A DNA stretch of 64,000 bases. Origin: Candidatus Woesearchaeota archaeon. Its GTDB lineage: Archaea > Nanobdellota > Nanobdellia > Woesearchaeales > JAHWIC01. The DNA is taken from assembly GCA_019322485.1 (NCBI GenBank), contig JAHWIK010000015.1, positions 23,216 to 87,215 on the forward strand. Direction: 5' to 3'. Positions 54,977 to 63,631 of the stretch are shown here, in pieces; positions within the stretch are counted from its first letter, which is position 1; each line of letters begins with the position of its first letter. The notes beneath the pieces were generated by a model. That model saw nothing but the letters and a program-made list of their open reading frames with translations. It was not told the DNA's origin and ran no database searches. The position numbers and the translations under genes are program-made.

Positions 54977-57130
54977 TTATACCTTTTCTGTTACAACGTA
55001 CGTCTTGTAAGTATACTGCCTTGGTGGTATTGGTTGAGGTGCGGGTTGAGGTGTTGGTTCTGGTGCAGGCTGTGGTGCTGGTGCAGGCGCTGGTGTTGGC
55101 TCAGGAGTAGGCTCCGGAGCTGGTTCTGGTGCAGGCTGTGGTGCTGGTGCAGGTGTTATTGGTGTTGGTTGCGGTGCGCTTGTAACAACCATTTGAGGAA
55201 GGGTTTGCCGTTCTATTACACTAACAATCCATCTGACACTTACAGCAGCTTTGCCATCAGAGATAATAACTCTCACCTCTTTTTTTCCAGGAGAAGTAAA
55301 CCAACGTCTATGCAGCGGGCCCCCTTTGTAGCGCGCAAGTGGACCAAATATCCATTCATAGCTTAGTGCATCACCATCAGGGTCCTGGGCAGATGCTTGG
55401 AACAAAACAGAGCTGTTGACATAAACACCAAATTGACCCACCATTGGGCTGACATTCCATACAACAGGCTCCCTGTTTGTGTTGTGCACAAGGACTACTG
55501 CATCTTCGCTTGAATTTAAGTCACCATCTGAAGCTGTAAAGGTGACTGTATATTGTTTTGCTTCCAGCCTTCTTGTCTCATCATGGCTGGGGGTCCAGCT
55601 AAACCCGTCTGCATCAAAACTTGAGCCGGCAGGCACATCTTCTGCAGATGTGACAATCCTGTCATTATCTGGGTCATAGGAATTAACATTAAAGTGTAAA
55701 ACTGCTCCTTCATCTACATCCTGCTGAGGTATTTCCTCAAGAACAGGCGGCCTGTTAACATTATTTACAACAACTGTTACGTTCTTCTCAACAGAGGTTT
55801 TGCTGTCAGATAATTTAATAAATACTGTGTAGGTGCCTGCATCATCATAACCAGTCCCTTTCACAGCTTTGTTCATCCAGCCGCTATATCTATAAGATAC
55901 CTTATCACCATCAAGGTCATATCCATTAGGCTCTAATACAAGGGTTTCCCCTTCATTCATGACTATTGTTCCCATATCTTCAAGCACAGGGGCCCTATTC
56001 TCTTCCATGACCCTAATCTTTATGGTTTTGGTTGTGCTAAATTCATTGCTTTCAGCCAGGAATGTTATAGTTTGAGTTCTGCTGAGTAAGTGGAAATTGT
56101 CAAGGAAATATGTAAAGAGGTTTGTTTTTTTAACAAAATCCTTGCTTGGTGTCCATTTAAAGACATTGCCATCAAATCCTGAATTTTCCGGCGCTTCAAG
56201 AACTGTGATTATTATATCATCGCCATCTGGGTCGCTGGCATTTACTACTAAGTTTACTTCCTCACCTTCTCTTACAGTTATATCATGGAGTGGTTCAATT
56301 ATCGGTTCGCGGTCTACATCATAAACTACAAGGTCTACCTTTTTTGAATATTCAAAATCCCTGTCCCTTATTGTTATTGTTACCATGTATTCACCATCAT
56401 CCTCATAGGTGGTTTGCCAGAAATTTTCATTGCCTATTGGCTCTGATATCTCATATTCAAGATGGTAGGCTCCTAAATCAGGAAGCTCGATACTTACTAT
56501 GTCTGTTTCATCTACTTCAATATAGCTTATGTTATCCAGGAGTTGTGCCCTGTCAACATCCTCAATATCCATAGTCCATTCCTGGGATGTTTTAAGCGTG
56601 CTGTCAGATACAACTACTTTTATGGTATGCGTTCCCTGGTCAAAATAGTCTGCGTAATACTCAATCTCTTGCTCCCTGCCTAAGAATTCATCATCAATGA
56701 ACCATTTGTAGGTTAGTTCATCTTCGTTTATGTCAGAGGCCTCAGCCCTGAAGTAGAGGCTTTCACCCTCTTCAATTGACAAAGAGGTATCTTCTGGGTA
56801 GAAATCATATATTTCAGGCTGTTCTTCTTTTTTGTTAACAACGATTATGACCTCTTCTTCTGTGATAAGGTCGCCGTCAGAAGCAGTGACTGAGGCAATA
56901 TAATTTCCAGCATCTCCATAGGTAGTTTGCCATTCTCCCTCGCTGTTTAAGGGGTATGTGTAGGAATATTCTAATGTATCACCGTCAGGATCATCAAAAG
57001 AAGGTTTTATGGAGACAAGGTCAGTCTCATTAACTATCATATTAGTTAGAGAATAAGTTATTGGCAATACAATAATTAGAACTAATACTAAAATTAACCA
57101 TTTCTTATCCATTAACCCAACCCCCAACAT
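54977..57130 (-). CDS. secreted multi-domain surface protein with repeated ~90-aa DPDGD-containing Ig/PKD-like modules and a Pro-rich (PAPEPTPE) C-terminal stalk
   Basis: Signal anchor 'WLILVLVLIIVLPITYS'; repeated '..DPDGD.L.Y.Y......W.T.YGD.G.Y...V..SDG' modules; C-terminal 'PAPAPQPAPEPAPEPTPEPTPAPAP'. Confidence 0.5.
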   Translation of the reverse strand: MLGVGLMDKKWLILVLVLIIVLPITYSLTNMIVNETDLVSIKPSFDDPDGDTLEYSYTYPLNSEGEWQTTYGDAGNYIASVTASDGDLITEEEVIIVVNKKEEQPEIYDFYPEDTSLSIEEGESLYFRAEASDINEDELTYKWFIDDEFLGREQEIEYYADYFDQGTHTIKVVVSDSTLKTSQEWTMDIEDVDRAQLLDNISYIEVDETDIVSIELPDLGAYHLEYEISEPIGNENFWQTTYEDDGEYMVTITIRDRDFEYSKKVDLVVYDVDREPIIEPLHDITVREGEEVNLVVNASDPDGDDIIITVLEAPENSGFDGNVFKWTPSKDFVKKTNLFTYFLDNFHLLSRTQTITFLAESNEFSTTKTIKIRVMEENRAPVLEDMGTIVMNEGETLVLEPNGYDLDGDKVSYRYSGWMNKAVKGTGYDDAGTYTVFIKLSDSKTSVEKNVTVVVNNVNRPPVLEEIPQQDVDEGAVLHFNVNSYDPDNDRIVTSAEDVPAGSSFDADGFSWTPSHDETRRLEAKQYTVTFTASDGDLNSSEDAVVLVHNTNREPVVWNVSPMVGQFGVYVNSSVLFQASAQDPDGDALSYEWIFGPLARYKGGPLHRRWFTSPGKKEVRVIISDGKAAVSVRWIVSVIERQTLPQMVVTSAPQPTPITPAPAPQPAPEPAPEPTPEPTPAPAPAPQPAPEPTPQPAPQPIPPRQYTYKTYVVTEKV

Positions 57131-57156
57131 TAAAAATTAAAAAAATAAAAAAGAAA

Positions 57157-58272
57157 TTATCTTTGTTCTATTCCTAGGAATACAGGTGCCCTGTTAACGT
57201 TTTCAACAGCCACGTTTATCTGCTGGCTTACTGAAAGGTCACCGTCGCTTACTGTTATTGTTACATCATAGCTGCCTGAATCATCATAGGTTGTATCCCA
57301 CGCAAAGACATTCCCTTCCTGCTCAAATTTGTCGCTATCTGCTGCAAAGGATAGGCCGTCTCCATCTAGGTCAGAGGCTTCTACAACAATTATTACAGGC
57401 TCATTTTCATTAACTATGATGTTGTCTAGTTCTTCCATTTCAGGCGGCCTGTTAACATTTTCAACTGTAATAGCCCATATCTGTGATGTCTCAAGTGTGC
57501 CGTCGGTTATTGATAACTTAATAGTGTGTGAACCAGCACTGTCATAGCCTAGGTCAAATGCGAATGAGGTGTCGGTTGATACTTCCTCGCCATCAATCTT
57601 CCATTCATAATCCAGGTAATCACCATTAAGGTCTGATGCTGATACGCTGAATTCTATGATGTTATCCTCTGCTATGATTAATTCTGTATCTGCTGGATTA
57701 GCAAACTCAATTATTGGGGCCTCTTCTTTTCTGTTTACAATTATTAATACATCCTGTGAAGCAGAAAGGTCTCCATCAGATGCGGTTATTGTTACTGTGT
57801 ATTCACCCTCATCTCCATAAGTAGTTTGCCAATCACCTATGCCATCAAGAGGTGATGTGAATGCGTAAGTTAAAGGGTCTCCATCAGGGTCAGTTGCGTC
57901 AGGTTCTAAGCTGACAAGCTCTGTTTCTTCTACTATGATAACAACTGCTTGCTGGTCAACAACGTCTACATCTTCTAATACTACTTCCTCCTCTTCCTCA
58001 ATAATCTCAATGACCTCTTCAATGTCTTCCTCGACCTCTTCTTCCTCTTCCTCATCTCTTCTGAAGATGTCAAGAGGGCTTGTTCTTTCTTCCTCCTCTT
58101 CCACTTCTTCTTCCTCTTCTGCAACCTCCTCATCTTCTTCACCCTCAACAACAATATCATCCATGCTTATTGTAGAAACATCAGATTTGCCATATATATC
58201 TTCATAGATTTGACATCCACTCAATAAGAACAAGACTATCACACCAATTACAAGTAAATATTTCTTAAACAT
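57157..58272 (-). CDS. secreted protein with a poly-Glu acidic region and three DPDGD Ig/PKD-like modules; paralog of the upstream gene
   Basis: Signal 'LLVIGVIVLFLLSGC'; 'EEDEEVAEEEEEVEEEEE' run; modules alignable to those in 54977..57130. Confidence 0.5.
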   Translation of the reverse strand: MFKKYLLVIGVIVLFLLSGCQIYEDIYGKSDVSTISMDDIVVEGEEDEEVAEEEEEVEEEEERTSPLDIFRRDEEEEEEVEEDIEEVIEIIEEEEEVVLEDVDVVDQQAVVIIVEETELVSLEPDATDPDGDPLTYAFTSPLDGIGDWQTTYGDEGEYTVTITASDGDLSASQDVLIIVNRKEEAPIIEFANPADTELIIAEDNIIEFSVSASDLNGDYLDYEWKIDGEEVSTDTSFAFDLGYDSAGSHTIKLSITDGTLETSQIWAITVENVNRPPEMEELDNIIVNENEPVIIVVEASDLDGDGLSFAADSDKFEQEGNVFAWDTTYDDSGSYDVTITVSDGDLSVSQQINVAVENVNRAPVFLGIEQR

Positions 58273-58456
58273 ATACCAACACCTCCAGGTTTTTGTGTTT
58301 TTATTATTTTTATCATTATAAAATGGGAACTTCTATATAAACTTTATGGTAGTCAAAGCTATAAAACCATTTTTTTTTTACCACTGTTTCCGACGACAAA
58401 CTTAGACTTTTTTCGTAACTGGGTTTGGACGAATCGGAAAAATTTGCTGAAAAATC

Positions 58457-58480
58457 TGAAAAAAATGGGCCCGCTGTGAC
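58457..58480. repeat. direct repeat copy 1 'TGAAAAAAATGGGCCCGCTGTGAC'
   Basis: Identical to 58573-58596 except one C/T; GC-rich island in an AT-rich intergenic region. Confidence 0.6.
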
Positions 58481-58572
58481 CTAAGGGTTTCACCCGATAG
58501 ACCCCTGTAGGGAACATAAAGTTCCCTGCCGCAATTTGCTGTATAGTTAAGATTGCGGATTGTTAAGTTTTT

Positions 58573-58596
58573 GAAAAAAATGGGCCCGCCGTGACT
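58573..58596. repeat. direct repeat copy 2 'TGAAAAAAATGGGCCCGCCGTGAC'
   Basis: See copy 1; a partial inverted copy (cacgggccca) lies at 58704-58713. Confidence 0.6.
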
Positions 58597-58728
58597 TTCT
58601 AGCCACAAGTTTTAGAACTTGATGACATTTGAACACGGGACCACTCGATGTCTGTATTTCGCTTGCGCGAAATGTATCAGTCGAGCGCGCCACCAGACTA
58701 TGCCACGGGCCCACTATCATAACAAAAA

Positions 58729-58856
58729 CGCCTCTGGGCAGATTTTCCCGCCATAAATCTTTCGGATTTAATGCGTCTCGAACTGCCGACCTTGTGATTT
58801 CTTCACCAAAGAATTGGTGTAACAGTCACACGCTCTACCTGCTAAGCTACAGAGGC
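58729..58856 (-). tRNA. tRNA-Asn (anticodon GUU) with two introns: a 21-nt intron in the anticodon loop (after nt 37) and a ~34-nt intron in the T-loop (after nt 58)
   Basis: Hand fold: GCCUCUG-UA-GCUU-AGCAGGUA-GAGC-G-UGUGA-CUGUUA[CACCAAUUCUUUGGUGAAGAA]A-UCACA-AGGUC-GGCAG-UUCGA[GACGCAUUAAAUCCGAAAGAUUUAUGGCGGGAAA]AU-CUGCC-CAGAGGC-G. All stems pair, GG sits in the D-loop, U33 and A37 are present, and the discriminator is G73 as expected for Asn. Confidence 0.6.
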
Positions 58857-58900
58857 ATTAAGTTCAAGAATTGATACTATATTTATATAATTTTCTATGG

Positions 58901-59395
58901 CTATGATTTCTTTTTCTTGAGTATAATATATACTATTATTGCAGCTAGAATTGCTGAAGCAAGAATAATGGGGATTGTTATAGTTAACCTTTTTTCCCTT
59001 AAATCAGCTGTCAACACATTTTCTTCTTTTTCATTGTATATGTTTATCTGCTTTGCATCTGGCAGCGAGGGCAGGATTAATGCAAAATCTGTATTATCTA
59101 CCCTAACAAGGCCCCCCTGGGTTTTGCCGTCCATATGAATATCTGTGTAATGTTCTAATGGAACCTCAAATCTGAATGAATATATGACATCATCATCTAC
59201 GGAAATTATTTCTGCCTTATAGCCTGCATCAGGCTGTATCTTTCTGTCGGGATAGTATCCATATGTTTCTATCTCGTCAATAATAGAGACTTTGCCATTA
59301 TCGTAATTGAGATTTAAGATTAATATTTTTTCAGCGCATGCTGCCTGCGCAAATAATAACAGCATTATCATTAAGATAAGTTTTTTAGTTTTCAT
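58901..59395 (-). CDS. secreted/membrane-anchored protein (signal peptide plus C-terminal TM and KKKKS tail)
   Basis: 'MKTKKLILMIMLLLFAQAACA' signal; C-terminal 'IPIILASAILAAIIVYIILKKKKS'. Confidence 0.35.
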   Translation of the reverse strand: MKTKKLILMIMLLLFAQAACAEKILILNLNYDNGKVSIIDEIETYGYYPDRKIQPDAGYKAEIISVDDDVIYSFRFEVPLEHYTDIHMDGKTQGGLVRVDNTDFALILPSLPDAKQINIYNEKEENVLTADLREKRLTITIPIILASAILAAIIVYIILKKKKS

Positions 59396-60546
59396 CTTTC
59401 GTACACGCTTAATTTTTCTATTATTGCTTCTTCATTAATTGGGCCGTAATATTCTGCGTAGAGGCTCCTCATCAATGAGTTTTCTGTTCCACGGTAATAT
59501 CCATCTGTTGAGCAGCCCTTTAAGCAGTCAGTTCCTTCTGTACCAGCCCATTTTGAGCATTGGCTGTTGTCACAATTCGGATACTCCTCTCCATCAAATT
59601 TTATTTGCAGGTAATAATCATCAACATATTCATCAGCCAGGTCACCAAAGCTGTGGCCAAACTCATGCATTAGTACAGATGGGTTGTCAGCTGTGTTGAT
59701 GTTTGCTATGTTTGCTATAGCGCTTGACCTGATTGGTATTACAAGATCCTTAATCTTGTTCCTTTCTATTAAAATAAAAATAAATTCATGAGGACATCTT
59801 GATGCAATCCTCTTCACCTTAAAATTATTGCACAAGACATAATTATTGAATGTACAGCTTAGGTCCTGGAAGTCATCCACCATATAGAAATTGAATTTGT
59901 CTCTGTTTGCGTGGAATGGCTCAAGCTTGAAGAAAACATTGTTTATATAATTATAAACCTCATCTTTGAATTCTTCTGTTGTCTTATATGCCTGGCCTAA
60001 AAAGACAATATCAATTCCATCATCTGGTTCTGAGGTATAGAAAACAGAGACACATTCTTCTCTTTCATCCTCTTCTGAAAAACCATCGATAGTTGAGGTT
60101 CCGAGCTTGCTTGTTAGTTTTAATCTAACCTTGCCATTAACTGCTTTGATGCATAGGGGGCTTCTGTCAATCTCAAAGTTTTCAAGTTTTTCTGCTCTGA
60201 GTTCTTCTGAAGGTAAAACAAAGAAATTTGAGTCTGGATAATTATCAATATTCATTGTAAGCTCGTTATTGGCAAAATCATCGAATTCTTTTGAGCGGTC
60301 AACAAAGCAAATAGAGGTTATATCCTTTGGTACAGCCATGGTCCTGTCTACATAGCTTCCATAGCCTTGCTTGCTTTGGACGCCTATAGCACTTTTGACA
60401 CTCTCAATAAATATTGCAACCTCTCTTTTCTGCGCAGATTCTTCAAGCTCCCTGATATAAACAAAACCAAATGATAGAACAAGTACTGCTAAAATAGCTG
60501 TTACAGCGAAGATAAATGGTTTTGCCGCTACCTGAGCTTTTGTCAT
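59392..60546 (-). CDS. membrane-anchored zinc metallopeptidase, M64 (IgA-peptidase)-like
   Basis: N-terminal TM; 'VLMHEFGHSFGDLADEYVDDYY' matches the M64 'HExGHxFGxLADEY' signature. Confidence 0.6.
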   Translation of the reverse strand: MTKAQVAAKPFIFAVTAILAVLVLSFGFVYIRELEESAQKREVAIFIESVKSAIGVQSKQGYGSYVDRTMAVPKDITSICFVDRSKEFDDFANNELTMNIDNYPDSNFFVLPSEELRAEKLENFEIDRSPLCIKAVNGKVRLKLTSKLGTSTIDGFSEEDEREECVSVFYTSEPDDGIDIVFLGQAYKTTEEFKDEVYNYINNVFFKLEPFHANRDKFNFYMVDDFQDLSCTFNNYVLCNNFKVKRIASRCPHEFIFILIERNKIKDLVIPIRSSAIANIANINTADNPSVLMHEFGHSFGDLADEYVDDYYLQIKFDGEEYPNCDNSQCSKWAGTEGTDCLKGCSTDGYYRGTENSLMRSLYAEYYGPINEEAIIEKLSVYER

Positions 60547-60578
60547 AATCTATTTTCTTGAGGAATTTATATATAAAC

Positions 60579-62030
60579 TTATTGCTTGACTCTAGCGATA
60601 ATGCTTCTCAACATATGCCCGATAACTTCAATATCATAGAATTTGTTTAATTCAAGCCTTTCTTTGACCCCTATGATTAAAGGATAGGTGCCAATCTGCC
60701 TTCCAAAGGTTGTTTTGCCGTCATAAATTTCCATTCTTACATCCTTGATAACAGTTCCTTCTGGAACAAGTTTCTTTAGCATAGGTGAATCAATCTCCTG
60801 CCTTATCTGGTTGCGCCATTTCCAGTAATATTTCTTGTTCTTTTTTATGAACTTGTTTCCAACAGTATTATATAGCTGGGTTCCTTCAAAAATATCAACC
60901 TGCCTGACATTGATTCTTCTTAGTAATAAGCCCTCACCCATAAAGCGCTTTAGCCATTGGATGTTATGCTCATTTGTGGATTTGCTCTCTCCAATCAGCC
61001 CAAACAGCAAGTTGATTCCAGGCAGGAATTTAGGCATGCCATTCTTGCCTCTTTCCTGGCCATATTTATTCAGTATTCTTCCAGCCTCGTAAGTAACCTC
61101 AGGGTCAGCGTTAAGGTTGTTTTGCTTTACAACCTCTGGGTCAAAGCTTTCAACGCCAAATGCAGCTGTATTGCCTGCTGTACCATACTTAACAATAGCT
61201 TTTGTTATCTCAATTCCTTTTTTTGACACAACATTTACAGGATTTACATTATCAATATGCAAAACCTTTGGCTCGCATTCTTTTCTAATGCCTTCAATAA
61301 TACCAATGGCTTCTGGGTGAGAATAGTAGTCAGACTGTTTTCCTAGTCTAAAATATTTTACACCAAGCTTGTCGAATGCTTTTGCTTCTTTTAGGATATC
61401 TTTTTTTGGTCTGAATGAGATGCTGTTTTTTATTGGCTCTGTGCAAAAGCTGCAATGTGTTTTTCTTGAGCAGCCTTTTGAGGTCTCTAGCTCAATTATT
61501 CTTAAGCTCGGGATTTGTTTTATCAATTCTGTTCCTTTGACTGCAAAATCTTCTACCTCTTCATAGCTGAAATTGAAATCTTTTATCTCGTTGAAATTTG
61601 AAAGGTCTGCCTTTTCAAAGAATCTTCCTCCCTCTGTTGATGTTCCGTAAACAGCAGGTCCAGTTAATATTTTTCTGCAGTTTAGGTCTTTTGTCAGCTG
61701 TATAATCTCCTTTAAAGTACCAGGAACAGCACTTAGGTATTTTCCAGGAGTATGAACACCAGCGATTATAATTAGTTCAGAAGTGGAGTTTAAGATTCCC
61801 TTTATTTCATCACTAGTTCTTGTGGTGTTATATTTTTTAATATTTGTTTTTTGAATTGATTTCTTTTCATTGATACTTTTTAGTAATCTTAAATCGTCTA
61901 TTGTAATATAGTTTGGAATCTTTTCTAAAGAACCGGCAATATATCTAGGATAAGTGCCCAAGTAAGGCGGAACACCTAGACCAGCTGGTTCATCTGTGTA
62001 GCAGTCTAATATTGTGAATACCATAGGCAT
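60579..62030 (-). CDS. radical-SAM-like TIM-barrel protein with a non-canonical Cx5Cx2C cluster motif (483 aa)
   Basis: 'TSKGCSRKTHCSFCTEP' Cys triad followed by Gly-rich SAM-binding-like segments; identity uncertain. Confidence 0.4.
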   Translation of the reverse strand: MPMVFTILDCYTDEPAGLGVPPYLGTYPRYIAGSLEKIPNYITIDDLRLLKSINEKKSIQKTNIKKYNTTRTSDEIKGILNSTSELIIIAGVHTPGKYLSAVPGTLKEIIQLTKDLNCRKILTGPAVYGTSTEGGRFFEKADLSNFNEIKDFNFSYEEVEDFAVKGTELIKQIPSLRIIELETSKGCSRKTHCSFCTEPIKNSISFRPKKDILKEAKAFDKLGVKYFRLGKQSDYYSHPEAIGIIEGIRKECEPKVLHIDNVNPVNVVSKKGIEITKAIVKYGTAGNTAAFGVESFDPEVVKQNNLNADPEVTYEAGRILNKYGQERGKNGMPKFLPGINLLFGLIGESKSTNEHNIQWLKRFMGEGLLLRRINVRQVDIFEGTQLYNTVGNKFIKKNKKYYWKWRNQIRQEIDSPMLKKLVPEGTVIKDVRMEIYDGKTTFGRQIGTYPLIIGVKERLELNKFYDIEVIGHMLRSIIARVKQ

Positions 62031-62057
62031 AGAATATTATTTCTTGTTATTAAAGCT

Positions 62058-62585
62058 TTACTTAGAACTCTTAATCATTTTAACGCCAATCATAAAATAT
62101 TGGATTGTAGTTAGAAGGCTGAGGATTATTGTTGCAGCTAACAGAAAATCCTTAAACTGATAATTAATGATAAATGATGCTATTACAACCACCTGTAAAA
62201 AGGTTGTTACTTTTCCCAGCTTACTTGCCTTCCAGACTGCTTTTCGTTTTATATGTGCAAGGAGTGAACCGCATAGTGAGATAATATCCCTGGAAAAAAT
62301 CAACAGCCCGTATAAAGGAAAATTGAATCCAATAATAAGTGCTATGACAGCTAGAGTAACCATAAACTTATCAGCCATGGGGTCAAGGAATTCACCAAAC
62401 TTTGTTCTTTGTTTTATGCGCCTGGCTACAAACCCGTCAACCCAATCAGTTAATGCAACAATAAGGAAAACAGTCAGCCCCAGAATGATTTTTGATTTTA
62501 GAAGTAGAATGAAAAATATTGGTGATGCAAGTATGCGAAGTATTGTCAGAACATTTGGGATTAACAGGATTTTTTTTAGTTTCAT
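62058..62585 (-). CDS. CDP-alcohol phosphatidyltransferase (start taken at the internal Met 'MKLKKILL')
   Basis: Signature 'DWVDGFVARRIKQRTKFGEFLDPMADK' (D-G-x2-A-R-x8-G-x3-D-x3-D). Confidence 0.75.
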   Translation of the reverse strand: MKLKKILLIPNVLTILRILASPIFFILLLKSKIILGLTVFLIVALTDWVDGFVARRIKQRTKFGEFLDPMADKFMVTLAVIALIIGFNFPLYGLLIFSRDIISLCGSLLAHIKRKAVWKASKLGKVTTFLQVVVIASFIINYQFKDFLLAATIILSLLTTIQYFMIGVKMIKSSK

Positions 62586-62586
62586 T

Positions 62587-63534
62587 TTAGAATAGATGCT
62601 TAAAATGCATATGATGTTTGGATTCTTTTTTAAGTTCTTTATGGTGGGCATGCACATGGAAATGGAATTCTTCTTTTTTCATCTTATTTTTAAGATGCTC
62701 CATTTCATTTTGATAGTGTGTTTTCAACCATAACAGCCCCTCATGCTTTTTTATGGCGCGCTTAAAATAAAATTTTTCCTTTACTATCTGGTGTATTGCG
62801 TCTGTAAAGAAGCATTCCTCTTTTCCTATGGCAATAGAATTGCCCCTGATTAGAGATTTGAGGAACGATTCAATGTCATTTCCATGAGCTAATGAAATAT
62901 CCAGGCCTAACTCAGCAGTTGTATGGCCGTCTGTTCCAGCAGTCATGCCTTTCTTTAGTTTGTTAGCCCAGTTTATAGCTTTTATGTTCATTCCTCTCAG
63001 GCAAACACCGTTAATACCTTCAATTAAATCTATCTTTTTTATTGTTTTTGGAGGGACATTTATTTTATTGATGCCTGTTACTCCAGGACCAAATGGATGC
63101 GACGCACAAATGACGCAGTTATATTTACTTGCAGCTTCAATTAAGTCTGCTATTTTTGTAGGGATAAAGAAAGGGTTTATTTTTTTCTGAAACAGGATTT
63201 CTTTTTTATAGAACTCCTTGCATTCTGATAATGAATAAAAATAAAGAAGCAGATGCGCGCCTTCATGACAGCTGACTTCTACTCCAGGTATAATGAATTC
63301 TTTTTTCTTAAGCTTAAAGGCTTTTATAACACCGCCAATCTCATTATGGTCTGTTATTGCAACACCAGTGTTAAGTTTCCTGCATCGCTTTAGAACGTTA
63401 TTTATTTTTGATATCCCATCCATGCTGAATTCTGTATGAAAGTGCATGTCAGCTGATGTATAGCCCTCTTTTTCCAGCAGTGATAATACTGGCCCGTAAA
63501 CACCAGCTGGGTTTTCAAGTACGATATCAGTCAT
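62587..63534 (-). CDS. PHP-domain metal-dependent phosphoesterase
   Basis: 'ADMHFHTEFSMDG' N-terminal His motif and further His/Asp ligands typical of the PHP family; C-terminal His-rich tail. Confidence 0.6.
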   Translation of the reverse strand: MTDIVLENPAGVYGPVLSLLEKEGYTSADMHFHTEFSMDGISKINNVLKRCRKLNTGVAITDHNEIGGVIKAFKLKKKEFIIPGVEVSCHEGAHLLLYFYSLSECKEFYKKEILFQKKINPFFIPTKIADLIEAASKYNCVICASHPFGPGVTGINKINVPPKTIKKIDLIEGINGVCLRGMNIKAINWANKLKKGMTAGTDGHTTAELGLDISLAHGNDIESFLKSLIRGNSIAIGKEECFFTDAIHQIVKEKFYFKRAIKKHEGLLWLKTHYQNEMEHLKNKMKKEEFHFHVHAHHKELKKESKHHMHFKHLF

Positions 63535-63631
63535 AAGTATAATCTTGTTAGATTAATATTTAAATCTACCGATATAAAACAAAATTTTTTAAATAGAACC
63601 ATTTCGTGATTATTAAAAGAGGGAATATAGA

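Noticed and set aside
58273-58727. Possible RNase P RNA or SRP RNA in the GC-rich intergenic island
   Set aside because: I could not find the P4 'GGAAAGUCCGGGC'/'ACAGAA..GGCUUA' pair or an SRP helix-8 'GGAA...GNAR' core on either strand. Kept only as an unassigned structured/repeat region.
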